In this document: piece by piece, positions 42,711 to 54,471 of the stretch
How the letters are laid out: the number at the start of each line of letters is the position of its first letter
Position numbering within the stretch: the first letter of the stretch is position 1
Sequence record: PP328843.1
From: Escherichia phage 215Ecol030PP
DNA length: 64,000 nt
Direction: 5' to 3' (one strand)
Notes under the pieces: model-generated
The model's input: the letters and a program-made list of their open reading frames with translations, nothing else
What the model was told of the DNA's origin: nothing
The model's database searches: none
Translations under genes and position numbers: made by a program

Positions 42711-43364
42711 TTAATACTTACAAGATTTCACAGTTTCAATGAAAACATTTTTAGCTTTCTGTGAATCAATATTTAAAATTTTTCTATAAGCCTTTAACTT
42801 TATAGAATAATTATTCCAGACTAAATTATCAGTCTGTTCATCATGTTTATCAATTATATTTAAAAATGAATCAAGCAAGATAAACGTCTCAAACGAAATT
42901 ATGTTCGATTGCAGAAGTTTAAAAATATAACTCGACTGAACTTTTGGATTATACTCAAAGATTTCTTTAAAAGCAGAAACTTCAACTTTTTTACTAAAAT
43001 AATAGATATTCCTAATATCTTCTTCAAACTTAAATTTAATTTGCTTTAAGCGTCCGATATATTCACGATAAAACACAAGTGCATCAGCGTCAGAGATGTC
43101 ACCAATCCAAGCATCTTGGTTAGCAACCAAATTACTTATAAAGATTAAAGCAAGTTCCTTTAATTTATATTTTTCTGATAACTTCTGGAAAAAATACTTA
43201 TCCCTTCGCTTTTGATAAGCGGCATCAGACACCCGCATGCACCAATTATACTTAATTACATCATACTTTCCATTCATATGTTGTTTTATCATTAAGTATA
43301 ATTTATAAACTGATTTACCATCAATGTATCTTTCACCACCAGCAGGCATGCGGAGTTTAATCAT
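42711..43364 (-). CDS. 59: gp59 helicase loader
   Basis: 217 aa; recognised as T4 gp59; no intervening seg gene between 59 and 32. Confidence 0.9.
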   Translation of the reverse strand: MIKLRMPAGGERYIDGKSVYKLYLMIKQHMNGKYDVIKYNWCMRVSDAAYQKRRDKYFFQKLSEKYKLKELALIFISNLVANQDAWIGDISDADALVFYREYIGRLKQIKFKFEEDIRNIYYFSKKVEVSAFKEIFEYNPKVQSSYIFKLLQSNIISFETFILLDSFLNIIDKHDEQTDNLVWNNYSIKLKAYRKILNIDSQKAKNVFIETVKSCKY

Positions 43365-43699
43365 AGTAGAAAATCTAATGTATTAGTTTTTTCACAACGA
43401 ACAACAGAAGGACGTAAAAGATTTTCGTCAATAGCTTCTGACTGGATTTTTTCAATTATCCCCGAAGGAATAAATTTAGCAAATTGAGTTTCAGGAATAG
43501 AGTTTTCTTCCAAGAATGCTGTTGTAGCTTCAAGATAACTCATTCCAAACTCTTCTACCATTTTTTCAATAATAAATCCGTTTTCTTGACGGTCAAGAAG
43601 CTTTGCTATTTCATCCTTTTCTTTCTTAATTGAAAGTTCTTTTTCTGAAAGACCGGTCTCATCGACCGGACGAATATCATTTAGAGAAAACTGTGTCAT
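43361..43699 (-). CDS. 33: gp33 late transcription co-activator
   Basis: 112 aa from MTQFSLNDIR...; the ORF track start is 3 codons further upstream. Confidence 0.85.
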   Translation of the reverse strand: MTQFSLNDIRPVDETGLSEKELSIKKEKDEIAKLLDRQENGFIIEKMVEEFGMSYLEATTAFLEENSIPETQFAKFIPSGIIEKIQSEAIDENLLRPSVVRCEKTNTLDFLL

Positions 43700-43946
43700 A
43701 AAGTTCAACTACCTCTTCAGTTTCAGCTTCAAACACATCACGGTTATCTTTATGATACAAAGCTAATAGACGATTAAACATCTTACCATCAACGCCAAGT
43801 TCATCTTTGGCACGAATTCGAATATCTTTAATCAGTTCATTATAACCGGAAATTTTCAGTTTATGATCAGATGCTTCTTTAATAAATTTAGCCAAGTCTT
43901 CGCCATGGATAGCTTCATCAAATTCAACCATTTCTTTTTTAGCCAT
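43677..43946 (-). CDS. dsbA: DsbA double-stranded DNA-binding protein
   Basis: 89 aa; T4 DsbA length and position. Confidence 0.8.
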   Translation of the reverse strand: MAKKEMVEFDEAIHGEDLAKFIKEASDHKLKISGYNELIKDIRIRAKDELGVDGKMFNRLLALYHKDNRDVFEAETEEVVELYDTVFSK

Positions 43947-43954
43947 TATTCACC

Positions 43955-44872
43955 TCAAAATTCATTAATGCTATTAGTTAATTTAGAAAGACCCGCTTTT
44001 ACAAAATATGAATAAATTTTGCCACGCGGTGGTAATTTATATGAATTATAGTAATTCACAATGTTTGAAGCAATATTATCAGGAATATAATCAAAATCAA
44101 TTAGAACTAAATTTTCTTTATAACGATTATATTCAGATTCTGTGAGAAGCACCTTAGCTTGCTCACGGTCATTAGCAATAGCTTCAACGATTGAAGTTTT
44201 CATTGAAGGAGTTCGTTCACCTTCAACTCTAGTAAACCAAAAGTCAGATCGTACTTTAACTGAAGCAACGTTATCCTTTTTGTCTCCCTTAAGGATTTTA
44301 GTCATACAGTCAATTTCAGCAGAACCGCTTTTAATTTTAACCCATTTCTTGTGCATCGGTGACCATTGCTTAACATTTGGATATTTGTGAAGCTGTGTAA
44401 AGTCACCATCCGATGAAATGATTAAAATCTTGTGTCCTTCTAAAGAGAACTTTTTAACAAGAACAGCAATATGGTCATCTGCTTCATACTTATCAATATC
44501 CATAACAATGTATGGCATATAAGCTTTCAATTCATCTATAACTTTATGGCTGGATTCAAAATAACCTTCCCAATCCCAAGTAGATTCTTCTCGTGCTTTT
44601 CCACGGTTTTTCTTATAATAATAAGCAAAATCACGACGCCAATATCCAGATTTCGCGTTATCAATACACAGCACAATTTTAGTGTATCCAAGCGTTTTTG
44701 CTTTTTTGACATTAAACTTAATTGAGTTCAATATCAAATGACGAACCATTGATAAATTAATTTTTTCTTTATCTGGAAAGTTTACCAAAGCAGTTGAAAG
44801 CGCAATTTGACTAAAGTCAATTAAGCAGATTCCTTCTTTGTAATCTTCATCCAACATCATTTCTAAATCCAT
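43955..44872 (-). CDS. rnh: RNase H (5-prime to 3-prime exonuclease, FEN family)
   Basis: 305 aa from MDLEMMLDEDYKEG...; recognised as T4 RNase H. Confidence 0.9.
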   Translation of the reverse strand: MDLEMMLDEDYKEGICLIDFSQIALSTALVNFPDKEKINLSMVRHLILNSIKFNVKKAKTLGYTKIVLCIDNAKSGYWRRDFAYYYKKNRGKAREESTWDWEGYFESSHKVIDELKAYMPYIVMDIDKYEADDHIAVLVKKFSLEGHKILIISSDGDFTQLHKYPNVKQWSPMHKKWVKIKSGSAEIDCMTKILKGDKKDNVASVKVRSDFWFTRVEGERTPSMKTSIVEAIANDREQAKVLLTESEYNRYKENLVLIDFDYIPDNIASNIVNYYNSYKLPPRGKIYSYFVKAGLSKLTNSINEF

Positions 44873-44934
44873 ATGAACCTCGTTCAATTAGTGAGATTTC
44901 TATTATATACTATCTAAATCTTAAAGTAAACAGG

Positions 44935-44942
44935 TATAAATA
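44935..44942 (+). promoter_or_regulatory. T4-type late promoter (TATAAATA) upstream of gene 34
   Basis: Exact TATAAATA about 35 nt upstream of the gene 34 ATG. Confidence 0.55.
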
Positions 44943-44976
44943 CTTATTATTGAAAACACAATAGGAGCCCGGGAGA

Positions 44977-47900
44977 ATGGCCGAGATTAAAAGAAAGTTC
45001 AGAGCAGAAGATGGTCTGGACGCAGGTGGCGATAAAATAATCAACGTAGCTTTAGCTGATCGTACCGTAGGAACTGACGGTGTTAACGTTGATTACTTAA
45101 TTCAAGAAAACACAGTTCAACAATATGATCCAACTCGTGGATATTTAAAAGATTTTGTAATCATTTATAATAATCGTTTTTGGGCAGCAACGGATGATAT
45201 TCCAAAACCTGCTGGAAATTTTAATAGAATTCGTTGGAAAGCATTACGTACTGATGCTGTATATACAACCGTATCATCTGGACCATATCAATTAAAATCC
45301 GGAGAAGCAATTTCAGTAGATACATCAGTTGGCAATGACATTGAGTTTACTTTACCACCTTCTCCGCTTGATGGAGAAACCGTAATAATTCAAGATATCG
45401 GTGGAAAACCTGGCATAAATCAGGTTAAAATAAATTCTTCAAATCAGAGTATTGTCAATTTTAGAGGTGAACAGGTACGTTCAGTTTTAATGACTCATCC
45501 AAAGTCACAGATGGTATTCATTTTTAATAATCGTTTGTGGCAAATGTATGTTGCTGATTATAGCAGAGAAGCTGCGATTGTTACTCCATCGACTGCATAT
45601 CAAGCACAATCTAATGATTTTATCGTGCGTAGATTTACTTCCGCTGCGCCGATTAATGTTAAGCTTCCAAGATTTGCTAATCATGGCGATATTATTAATT
45701 TCGTCGATTTAGATAAATTAAATCCACTTTATCATACAATTGTCACGACATATGATGAAACGACGTCAGTGCAAGAAGTTGGAACTCATTCCATTGAAGG
45801 CCGTACAACGATTGACGGTTTCTTGATGTTTGATGATAATGAGAAATTGTGGAGATTGTTTGACGGGGATAGTAAAGCGCGTTTACGCATTATAACGACT
45901 AATTCTAATATTCGTCCAAATGAAGAAGTTATGGTATTTGGTGCGAATAATGGAACAGCTCAGACAATTGAACTTCAGCTTCCGACTGATATTTCTGTTG
46001 GTGATACTGTTAAAATTTCCATGAATTACATGAGAAAAGGACAAACAGTTAAAATCAAAGCTGCCGGTGAAGATAAAATTGCTTCTTCAGTTCAATTGCT
46101 GCAATTCCCAAAACGTTCAGAATATCCGCCTGAAGCTGAATGGGTTACAGTTCAAGAATTAGTTTTTAACGGTGAAACTAATTATGTTCCAGTTTTGGAG
46201 CTTGCTTATATTGAAGATTCTGATGGAAAATATTGGGTTGTACAGCAAAACGTTCCAACTGTAGAAAGAGTAGACTCTTTAAATGCTTCTACTAGAGCAA
46301 GATTAGGCGTAATTGCTTTAGCTACGCAAGCTCAAGCAAATGCTGATTTAGAAAATTCTCCACAAAAAGAATTGGCAATTACTCCAGAAACGTTAGCTAA
46401 TCGTACTGCTACTGAAACTCGCAGAGGTATTGCAAGAATAGCAACTACTGCTCAAGTGAATCAGAACACCACATTCTCTTTTGCAGATGACCTTATCATC
46501 ACTCCTAAAAAGCTGAATGAAAGAACTGCTACAGAAACTCGTAGAGGTGTCGCTGAAATTGCTACGCAGCAGGAAACTAATACAGGTACTGATGATACTA
46601 CAATCATTACTCCTAAAAAGCTTCAAGCTCGTCAAGGTTCTGAGTCATTATCTGGTATTGTAACTTTTGTATCTACTGCAGGTGCTACTCCAGCTTCTAG
46701 CCGTGAATTAAATGGTACGAATGTTTATAATAAAAACACTAATAATTTAGTTGTTTCACCTAAAGCTTTGGATCAGTATAAAGCTACTCCAACACAACAA
46801 GGTGCGGTAATTTTAGCAGTTGAAAGTGAAGTAATTGCTGGACAAAGCCAAGAAGGATGGGCAAATGCGGTTGTAACGCCAGAAACGTTACATAAAAAGA
46901 CATCAACTGATGGAAGAATTGGTTTAATTGAAATTGCTACGCAAAGTGAAGTTAATACAGGAACTGATTATACTCGTGCAGTCACTCCTAAAACTTTAAA
47001 TGACCGTAAAGCAACTGAAAGTTTAAGTGGTATAGCTGAAATTGCTACGCAAGTTGAATTCGACGCAGGCGTCGACGATACTCGTATCTCTACACCATTA
47101 AAAATTAAAACTAGATTTAATAGTACTGATCGTACTTCTGTTGTTGCTCTATCTGGATTAGTTGAATCAGGAACTCTCTGGGACCATTATACCCTTAATA
47201 TTCTTGAAGCAAATGAGACACAGCGTGGTACACTTCGTGTAGCTACACAAGTTGAAGCTGCTGCAGGAAAATTAGATAATGTTTTAATAACTCCTAAAAA
47301 GCTTTTAGGTACTAAATCTACTGAAGCACAAGAAGGTGTTATTAAAGTTGCAACTCGGTCTGAAACTGTAGCTGGAACGTCAGCAAATACTGCTGTATCT
47401 CCAAAAAATTTAAAATGGATTGTGCAGAGTGAACCTACTTGGGCAGCTACTACTGCGATAAGAGGTTTTGTTAAAACTTCATCTGGTTCAATTACGTTCG
47501 TTGGTAATGATACGGTAGGTTCAACACAGCCATTAGAATCATATGAGAAAAATGGTTATGCAGTATCACCATATGAATTAAATCGCGTATTAGCAAATTA
47601 TTTGCCATTAAAAGCAAAAGCTGTAGATAGTAATTTATTAGATGGTCTAGATTCGCTCCAGTTCATTCGTAGGGACATTGCACAGACGGTTAATGGTTCA
47701 CTAACCTTAACCCAACAAACGAATCTGAGTGCCCCTCTTGTATCATCTAGTACTGCTACATTCGGTGGATCAGTTTCAGCAAATAGTACATTAACTATTT
47801 CTAATACTGGAACGGCAACTCGTCTGATTTTTGAGAAAGGACCTCAAACTGGAACAAACCCGACTCAAACGATGACTGTCAGAGTGTGGGGAAATCAATT

Positions 47901-48846
47901 TAGTGGGGAATCAGACACAACACGTTCTACCGTATTTGAAGTTAGTGATGAAACGTCTAGTCATTTTTATTCTCAGCGTAATAAAGCTGGTAATATAACA
48001 TTTAATATAAACGGTACAGTAACGCCGATAAATGTGAATGCTTCAGGAACATTGAATGCGAATGGCGTTGCAACATTCGGTAGTTCAGTTACTGCTAATG
48101 GCGAATTTATCAGTAAATCATCGAATGCTTTTAGAGCAATAAACGGTGATTATGGATTCTTTATTCGTAATGATGGTGCTAACACCTATTTTATGCTTAC
48201 TGCATCTGGCGATCAGACCGGTGGATTTAATGGATTACGTCCTTTAACTATTAATAATGCATCTGGTCAAGTAACGATTGGTGAAAGCTTAATCATTGCC
48301 AAAGGTGCTACTATAAGTTCAGGTGGTTTAACTGTTAACTCGAGAATTCGTTCTCAGGGTACTAAAACCTCTGATTTATATACCCGTGCGCCAACATCTG
48401 ATACTGTAGGATTCTGGTCAATCGATATTAATGATTCAGCCACTTATAACCAGTTCCCGGGTTATTTTAAGATGGTTGAAAAAACTAATGAAGTGACTGG
48501 GCTTCCATACTTAGAACGTGGCGAAGAAGTTAAATCTCCTGGTACATTGACTCAGTTTGGTAACACGCTTGATTCACTTTACCAAGATTGGATTACTTAT
48601 CCAACGACTCCAGAAGCACGTACCACTCGCTGGACACGTACATGGCAGAAAACCAAAAACTCTTGGTCAAGTTTTGTTCAGGTATTTGACGGAGGTAACC
48701 CTCCTCAACCTTCAGATATAGGAGCGATCCCATCTGATAATGGAATAATAGGTAATCTTACTATTCGCGATTTCTTGCGAATTGGTAATGTTCGCATTAT
48801 TCCTGACCCAGTGAATAAAACTGTTAAATTTGAGTGGATTGAATAA
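44977..48846 (+). CDS. 34: Long tail fibre proximal subunit gp34
   Basis: 1289 aa; T4 gp34 length; internal repeated ...TPKKL... motifs. Confidence 0.93.
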   Translation: MAEIKRKFRAEDGLDAGGDKIINVALADRTVGTDGVNVDYLIQENTVQQYDPTRGYLKDFVIIYNNRFWAATDDIPKPAGNFNRIRWKALRTDAVYTTVSSGPYQLKSGEAISVDTSVGNDIEFTLPPSPLDGETVIIQDIGGKPGINQVKINSSNQSIVNFRGEQVRSVLMTHPKSQMVFIFNNRLWQMYVADYSREAAIVTPSTAYQAQSNDFIVRRFTSAAPINVKLPRFANHGDIINFVDLDKLNPLYHTIVTTYDETTSVQEVGTHSIEGRTTIDGFLMFDDNEKLWRLFDGDSKARLRIITTNSNIRPNEEVMVFGANNGTAQTIELQLPTDISVGDTVKISMNYMRKGQTVKIKAAGEDKIASSVQLLQFPKRSEYPPEAEWVTVQELVFNGETNYVPVLELAYIEDSDGKYWVVQQNVPTVERVDSLNASTRARLGVIALATQAQANADLENSPQKELAITPETLANRTATETRRGIARIATTAQVNQNTTFSFADDLIITPKKLNERTATETRRGVAEIATQQETNTGTDDTTIITPKKLQARQGSESLSGIVTFVSTAGATPASSRELNGTNVYNKNTNNLVVSPKALDQYKATPTQQGAVILAVESEVIAGQSQEGWANAVVTPETLHKKTSTDGRIGLIEIATQSEVNTGTDYTRAVTPKTLNDRKATESLSGIAEIATQVEFDAGVDDTRISTPLKIKTRFNSTDRTSVVALSGLVESGTLWDHYTLNILEANETQRGTLRVATQVEAAAGKLDNVLITPKKLLGTKSTEAQEGVIKVATRSETVAGTSANTAVSPKNLKWIVQSEPTWAATTAIRGFVKTSSGSITFVGNDTVGSTQPLESYEKNGYAVSPYELNRVLANYLPLKAKAVDSNLLDGLDSLQFIRRDIAQTVNGSLTLTQQTNLSAPLVSSSTATFGGSVSANSTLTISNTGTATRLIFEKGPQTGTNPTQTMTVRVWGNQFSGESDTTRSTVFEVSDETSSHFYSQRNKAGNITFNINGTVTPINVNASGTLNANGVATFGSSVTANGEFISKSSNAFRAINGDYGFFIRNDGANTYFMLTASGDQTGGFNGLRPLTINNASGQVTIGESLIIAKGATISSGGLTVNSRIRSQGTKTSDLYTRAPTSDTVGFWSIDINDSATYNQFPGYFKMVEKTNEVTGLPYLERGEEVKSPGTLTQFGNTLDSLYQDWITYPTTPEARTTRWTRTWQKTKNSWSSFVQVFDGGNPPQPSDIGAIPSDNGIIGNLTIRDFLRIGNVRIIPDPVNKTVKFEWIE

Positions 48847-48854
48847 GAGGTATT

Positions 48855-49970
48855 ATGGAAAAATTTATGGCAGAGTTTGGACAAGGATATGTCCAAACGC
48901 CATTTTTATCGGAAAGTAATTCAGTAAGATACAAAATAAGTATAGCGGGTTCTTGCCCGCTTTCTACAGCAGGACCATATGTTAAATTTCAGGATAACCC
49001 TGTCGGAAATCAAACATTTAGCGCAGGTCTTCATTTAAGAGTTTTTGACCCTTCAACAGGAGCATTAGTTGATAGTAAGTCATATGCTTTTTCTACTTCA
49101 AATAATACTACATCAGCTGCTTTTGTTAGTTTCATGAATTCTTTGTCAAACAATAGACTTGTTGCTATACTAACTAGCGGAAAGGTTAATTTTCCTCCTG
49201 AAGTGGTATCTTGGTTAAGGGGAGCAGGAACTTCAGTTTTTCCATCAGATTCAGTATTGTCAAGATTTGACGTATCATATGCTGCTTTTTATACTTCTTC
49301 TAAAAGAGCTATTGCATTAGAGCATGTTAAACTAAGTAATAGAAAAAGCACAGATGATTATCAAACTATTTTAGATGTTGTATTTGATAGTTTAGAAGAC
49401 GTCGGAGCTACGGGATTTCCTAAAAGAACATATGAAAGTGTCGAGCAATTTATGTCAGCGGTTGGTGGAACTAATAACGAAATTGCGCGATTGCCAACTT
49501 CAGCTGCTATAAGTAAACTTTCTGACTATAATTTAATTCCTGGTGATGTTCTTTATCTTAAAGCACAGTTATATGCTGATGCTGATTTACTTGATCTTGG
49601 AACTACAAACATATCCATTCGTTTTTATGATGCATCAAATGGATATATTTCCTCGACCCAAGCTGAGTTTACTGGGCAAGCTGGGTCTTGGGAATTAAAA
49701 GAAGACTATGTAGTTGTTCCAGAAAACGCCGTAGGATTTACGATATATGCACAAAGAACTGCTCAAGCAGGTCAAGGCGGCATGAGAAATTTAAGTTTTT
49801 CTGAAGTATCAAGAAATGGCGGCATTTCAAAACCTGCCGAATTTGGCGTCAACGGTATTCGCGTTAATTATGTCTGTGAATCGGCTTCACCTCCAGATAT
49901 AATGGTACTTCCTACACAAGCCTCTTCTAAAACTGGCAAAGTGTTTGGACAGGAATTTAGAGAAGTTTAA
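48855..49970 (+). CDS. 35: Long tail fibre hinge protein gp35
   Basis: 371 aa; T4 gp35 length and position. Confidence 0.88.
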   Translation: MEKFMAEFGQGYVQTPFLSESNSVRYKISIAGSCPLSTAGPYVKFQDNPVGNQTFSAGLHLRVFDPSTGALVDSKSYAFSTSNNTTSAAFVSFMNSLSNNRLVAILTSGKVNFPPEVVSWLRGAGTSVFPSDSVLSRFDVSYAAFYTSSKRAIALEHVKLSNRKSTDDYQTILDVVFDSLEDVGATGFPKRTYESVEQFMSAVGGTNNEIARLPTSAAISKLSDYNLIPGDVLYLKAQLYADADLLDLGTTNISIRFYDASNGYISSTQAEFTGQAGSWELKEDYVVVPENAVGFTIYAQRTAQAGQGGMRNLSFSEVSRNGGISKPAEFGVNGIRVNYVCESASPPDIMVLPTQASSKTGKVFGQEFREV

Positions 49971-49975
49971 ACTGA

Positions 49976-49993
49976 GGGAGCCTTCGGGCTCCC
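49976..49993 (+). terminator. Hairpin GGGAGCC-TTCG-GGCTCCC followed by T-run after gene 35
   Basis: Perfect stem with UUCG loop, then TTTTTCTTT. Confidence 0.55.
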
Positions 49994-50001
49994 TTTTTCT
50001 T

Positions 50002-50009
50002 TATAAATA
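50002..50009 (+). promoter_or_regulatory. T4-type late promoter (TATAAATA) upstream of gene 36
   Basis: Exact TATAAATA 24 nt upstream of the gene 36 ATG. Confidence 0.55.
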
Positions 50010-50032
50010 ATATTAAAATAAAGGGGCATATA

Positions 50033-50683
50033 ATGGCTGATTTAAAAGTAGGTTCAACTGTGGGTGGATCTGTCATTTGGCATCAAGGAAATTTTCCATT
50101 GAATTCAGCCGGTGACGATGTACTCTACAAATCATTTAAAATATATTCAGAATATAATAAACCGCAGGCAGCTGATAACGATTTCGTTTCTAAAGCTAAT
50201 GGTGGTACTTACACCGGTCCAATTACTATTAATTACGGGGTAAATAGTTATCTTCAATTAAGTAATAATGAAACCCCCATCCGAATTCGTTCTGGTGGCG
50301 GCACTGGTAATACTCTTGTAGTTGGTGGCTCTTCTGGCGGTATTAGTTTTAGACCAGCAGGTAGTGAAATCACTACTGGACAAATTACGATTACGCCAGA
50401 AGGTTTGACAACATTTACCAAAGCTGTAACGGCTCCATCTGTAACTGTTACATCTACTCCTTCCGCAGCATCTGATGTTACTCGTAAAGATTATGTTGAT
50501 GGAGCAATAAATACTGTTACAGCAAATGCAAACTCTAGGGTATTACGCTCTGGAGACACTATGACAGGAAATTTAACTGCGCCAAACCTTTTTTCACAGA
50601 ATCCTGCATCTCAACCTTCACACGTTCCACGATTTGACCAAATCGTAATGAAGGATTCTGTTCAAGATTTCGGCTATTATTAA
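50033..50683 (+). CDS. 36: Long tail fibre distal connector gp36
   Basis: 216 aa; position between 35 and 37. Confidence 0.85.
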   Translation: MADLKVGSTVGGSVIWHQGNFPLNSAGDDVLYKSFKIYSEYNKPQAADNDFVSKANGGTYTGPITINYGVNSYLQLSNNETPIRIRSGGGTGNTLVVGGSSGGISFRPAGSEITTGQITITPEGLTTFTKAVTAPSVTVTSTPSAASDVTRKDYVDGAINTVTANANSRVLRSGDTMTGNLTAPNLFSQNPASQPSHVPRFDQIVMKDSVQDFGYY

Positions 50684-50691
50684 GAGGACTT

Positions 50692-53637
50692 ATGGCTACT
50701 TTAAAACAAATACAATTTAAAAGAAGCAAAACTGCAGGTCAACGTCCTGCTGCTTCAGTATTAGCCGAAGGTGAATTGGCTATAAACTTAAAAGATAAAA
50801 CAATTTTCACAAAAGATGACTCAGGTAGTGTTATAGAATTAGGTTTAAAATATGGAGGAACTATAAATGGGTCTTTAGAGGTTACAGAAAATATAACTGG
50901 AACTTTAATTGGAAATTCTAGCACAGCTACTAAATTGCAAACACCTAGGAAAATTAATGGTATATCTTTTGATGGGTCAAAGGACATTACCTTAACTCCA
51001 TCTGACATAAATGTCAATAGCACAACATTTATAAAAAATAATGGCGAATTACCTGTTGATGCTAATTTAGATACGTATGGGCCTGTTGAAGAATATCTTG
51101 GAGTTTGGTCGAAAGCAACTTCAACCAACGCTCAACCAGCAAATAAATTTCCAGAAGAAAATGCTGTAGGTGTGCTAGAAGTATTTGTGGCCGGTCAATT
51201 TGCTGGTACTCAGAGATATACAACTAGATACGGAAATGTTTATATTCGTTCCTTGACTGCTACATGGAACGGAGTAAATGGTCCGTGGAGTGTGTGGCGA
51301 AATATTCAATCCGGTACTCGTCCACTGTCAACAACAATTGATCTTAATGATCTAGGAGGCGCTGAACACCTTGGTTTGTGGCGAAATAGTTCAAATTCCA
51401 TTGCTACCTTTGACAGAAATTTCCCAGAAGAGGGGTCGTCAGCTCAAGGTCTTTTGGAAGTATATGAAGGTGGAAACTATTCTCGTACACAAAGATATAC
51501 AACCAGATTTGGTGTTGTATATACTCGTTGTCTTGCTGCCGCGTGGGATGCTTCCGCGCCTAAATGGGGACCGTGGCAACAAGTCGGTAATGTCACACCA
51601 GCGACTTTCTATGACGGAAACCTGAATGATTTTAAAACTCCTGGGTTATATAACATTTTAGGCACTGATGCCGTTATTAACTGTCCTACTGGTGAAGGTT
51701 TACCAGCCGTTATTGTTGGTTTGCTGGAAGTTAAACAGCGTGCTTCTGGTGGTGCTATTTTCCAAAAATTTACTACTGCCGGAACAGGTGCAACTACCCG
51801 CGATCGTATTTTTGAGCGCGCATATACCGGCGGTGTGTGGGGTGAATGGAACGAAGTATACACATCCTATTCTCTACCAATTACTTTGGGTATGGGCGGT
51901 ATTAAATCTAACTTAGCTGAGTTAGACTGGCAAACCTTTGATTTTGTCCCTGGTAGTATGTTTAGTGTTCCTTTGAACAAAATAAAGAACATGCCAGCTA
52001 ATATGAATTGGGGCACGATTGACGGAAACTTAATTATGTTTTCTGTTGGTCCTAGCGAACATACTAGCACAGGGCGTACTGTTCAGGTTTGGCGCGGTAC
52101 TGTATCCCAGACAAACTACCGTTATTTTGTCGTTCGTGTGTTCGGTAATTCTGGAAATAGAACTTGCACAGTCCGCCGTGTTGTTCTTGAAGACGGATCA
52201 CATACTTGGACTGCTCAACAAAACTTTAGGGGATTGCTGAATATCACTGCTGCTGTTAATCTTGGTGCTAATCAGAAAATTTCACTTGCTCCAGGAGCAT
52301 ATATTCAAGCCCCTGCTAGCGGTTCTGGTTCTAATACTTACGCAAATCAGAATACTACCATTGCACCATTATATCAGGCCATTGACGATTCAAATAAAAA
52401 CCAGTTTGCACCAATTGTTAAACAGAAAAACACTGTAAGTAATATCACCTTTGCCACTGGTATGGCTATAGGTACATCCGAATATAAGATCATTGCTCAG
52501 GGTGATTTATCCGCTAATGGAACAGCAGATGGGTTAAAACAATGGACTTTCATGCCGTCAGGTTATTTTAAATCTCCAGGGCGTGTATATGTCGGTGATG
52601 CGTTCCTTAATACAGATGGTAATATTGCCGGTTCAATCTGGAAGAAATATAACAATGCGACAAATTTAGATGCTGCCTTGAATACTCGCGTAGGTAAAGG
52701 CGGTGATACGATGACAGGTCGGTTAACAATCAATGCACCTAATGATTCTATTGTATTATCAACAACTGCTAGTAATTCTTTGCATATTCGCGGTGACATA
52801 GACGGGACTGGTAACTGGTATATTGGCAAGGGTGGTGCTGATAATTCGCTAGCATTTTATAGCTATGCTTCTCAGGCGGCAGTACATATCACAAACAATG
52901 GTGAGATTGCGTTAAACCCGCAAAATACCGCAATGGTTAACGTTAACCGCGACCGTGTACACATTAACGGTTCTGGATGGATTGCTAGACAACCGGGTGA
53001 TTGGGGCAACCAATGGCGAGTAGAAGCTCCATTATTCGTCGATCATGGTTATGTTTCACAGGATTGTTATTATCCTATTCTTAAAGCAAGAAGCGTTATA
53101 ACCAATCAAGGATATAGCACCTCTGTTGACTTTGGTATGCGTCGTACTCCATCACAGTGGGGGCAAGCAATCATTCGTGTCGGATCCACGGAGGCTTCTC
53201 CTGATGCTGGACACCCACAAGCTGTGTTTGCATTCCATCATGATGGATTCTTTTATACACCAGGAAATGGTAGCTTTAGCGATGTGTATATTCGTTCTGA
53301 TGGTCGTCTTAAGATTAATAAAAAAGAGCTAGAAAACGGAGCGGTCGAAAAAGTTTGCCGACTGAAAGTTTATATTTACGATAAAGTTAAGTCTATTAAA
53401 GACCGTAGTGTTATTAAACGTGAAGTTGGTATTATTGCTCAGGATCTTGAAAAGGAATTACCGGAAGCTGTATCTAAAGTTGAAGTTGATGGATCTGATG
53501 TTCTGACAATTTCTAACTCTGCTGTGAATGCTCTTTTAATTAAAGCTATTCAGGAAATGAGTGAGGAAATTAAAGAATTGAAAACGCCTCTCTTTACTAA
53601 AATTGCTCGCAAAATTAGTAAATATTTTAAATTCTAA
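50692..53637 (+). CDS. 37: Long tail fibre distal subunit gp37 with C-terminal intramolecular chaperone (self-cleaving) domain
   Basis: 981 aa; N-terminus conserved with gp37; C-terminal roughly 115 aa contain SDGRLK..N..E...[13 protein letters not shown], typical of peptidase S74 intramolecular chaperone domains. Confidence 0.88.
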   Translation: MATLKQIQFKRSKTAGQRPAASVLAEGELAINLKDKTIFTKDDSGSVIELGLKYGGTINGSLEVTENITGTLIGNSSTATKLQTPRKINGISFDGSKDITLTPSDINVNSTTFIKNNGELPVDANLDTYGPVEEYLGVWSKATSTNAQPANKFPEENAVGVLEVFVAGQFAGTQRYTTRYGNVYIRSLTATWNGVNGPWSVWRNIQSGTRPLSTTIDLNDLGGAEHLGLWRNSSNSIATFDRNFPEEGSSAQGLLEVYEGGNYSRTQRYTTRFGVVYTRCLAAAWDASAPKWGPWQQVGNVTPATFYDGNLNDFKTPGLYNILGTDAVINCPTGEGLPAVIVGLLEVKQRASGGAIFQKFTTAGTGATTRDRIFERAYTGGVWGEWNEVYTSYSLPITLGMGGIKSNLAELDWQTFDFVPGSMFSVPLNKIKNMPANMNWGTIDGNLIMFSVGPSEHTSTGRTVQVWRGTVSQTNYRYFVVRVFGNSGNRTCTVRRVVLEDGSHTWTAQQNFRGLLNITAAVNLGANQKISLAPGAYIQAPASGSGSNTYANQNTTIAPLYQAIDDSNKNQFAPIVKQKNTVSNITFATGMAIGTSEYKIIAQGDLSANGTADGLKQWTFMPSGYFKSPGRVYVGDAFLNTDGNIAGSIWKKYNNATNLDAALNTRVGKGGDTMTGRLTINAPNDSIVLSTTASNSLHIRGDIDGTGNWYIGKGGADNSLAFYSYASQAAVHITNNGEIALNPQNTAMVNVNRDRVHINGSGWIARQPGDWGNQWRVEAPLFVDHGYVSQDCYYPILKARSVITNQGYSTSVDFGMRRTPSQWGQAIIRVGSTEASPDAGHPQAVFAFHHDGFFYTPGNGSFSDVYIRSDGRLKINKKELENGAVEKVCRLKVYIYDKVKSIKDRSVIKREVGIIAQDLEKELPEAVSKVEVDGSDVLTISNSAVNALLIKAIQEMSEEIKELKTPLFTKIARKISKYFKF

Positions 53638-53643
53638 CAACAA

Positions 53644-53658
53644 GGGGGAAATGCCCCC
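53644..53658 (+). terminator. Hairpin GGGGG-AAATG-CCCCC after gene 37
   Basis: Inverted repeat followed by TTTGG; weak T-run. Confidence 0.4.
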
Positions 53659-53673
53659 TTTGGAGTATAAATT

Positions 53674-54471
53674 ATGGCAGTAGTTGGAGTTCCTGGCTGG
53701 ATTGGAAGTTCAGCCGTAAATGAAACAGGACAGCGCTGGATGAGTCAAGCGGCTGGTCAATTAAGATTGGGTGTTCCTTGCTGGATGAGTCAATTTGCAG
53801 GTCGCTCACGAGAAATTATTCACACGCTTGGAGCAGACCATAACTTCAATGGTCAATGGTTCCGAGATAGATGTTTTGAGGCAGGTAATGCACCTATAGT
53901 GTTTAATATTACAGGTGATTTAGTATCATATTCTAAAGATGTTCCTTTATTCTTCATGTACGGAGATACACCAAATGAATATGTTCAGTTAAATATTATT
54001 GGCGCTCATATGTGGGGTAGAGGTGGACAAGGTGGATGGACTCATTCCGGTGGAGATGGTAATGGACAACAAGGCGGGCATTGTATTCAAAACGACATTG
54101 GTGGACGATTAAGAATTAACAACGGTGGAGTAATTTGCGGTGGAGGTGGCGGTGGTGGCGGTATCGCTTATCGTCCTCACTCTGGCGCAAACTGGCAGGA
54201 TATTGGTGGCGGTGGAGGAAGACCATTTGGCCCAGGAGGTGGCGGTGGTTATTCAGGAGGTGCTGCTTCTTATGACGGCCCAGGAGGTGGTTATAATTAT
54301 GGTAATGCTCATTCTGGTCAGGGCGGTGATGCCGGAGGAAATGGACAAAATGCCTGGTCTGATGGCGGTAAAGTACTAAAAGTCGGTGCAGGAGGAGCAG
54401 CAGGTTATGCTGTCATAGGATCTGCTCCAACTTGGCAAAATGTTGGAGTAATATATGGTCCAAGAGTATAA
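53674..54471 (+). CDS. 38: gp38 receptor-binding adhesin, T2-type (glycine-rich motifs)
   Basis: 265 aa; multiple poly-Gly runs (GGGGGGGG, GGGGG, GGGGG) separating short variable segments. Confidence 0.85.
   Translation: MAVVGVPGWIGSSAVNETGQRWMSQAAGQLRLGVPCWMSQFAGRSREIIHTLGADHNFNGQWFRDRCFEAGNAPIVFNITGDLVSYSKDVPLFFMYGDTPNEYVQLNIIGAHMWGRGGQGGWTHSGGDGNGQQGGHCIQNDIGGRLRINNGGVICGGGGGGGGIAYRPHSGANWQDIGGGGGRPFGPGGGGGYSGGAASYDGPGGGYNYGNAHSGQGGDAGGNGQNAWSDGGKVLKVGAGGAAGYAVIGSAPTWQNVGVIYGPRV

Noticed and set aside
45000-53600. Numerous 60-130 aa ORFs on the minus strand inside genes 34-37, and plus-strand ORFs inside alt, nrdA and 29
   Set aside because: All are embedded antisense or out of frame within long recognised genes; typical spurious ORFs, not reported as features.
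53674-54471. Poly-glycine runs in gp38 as possible low-complexity artefact or frameshifted junk
   Set aside because: The reading frame is continuous for 265 codons, with a conserved N-terminal region and positioning between gp37 and holin t; glycine-rich motifs are the known hallmark of T2-type adhesins.
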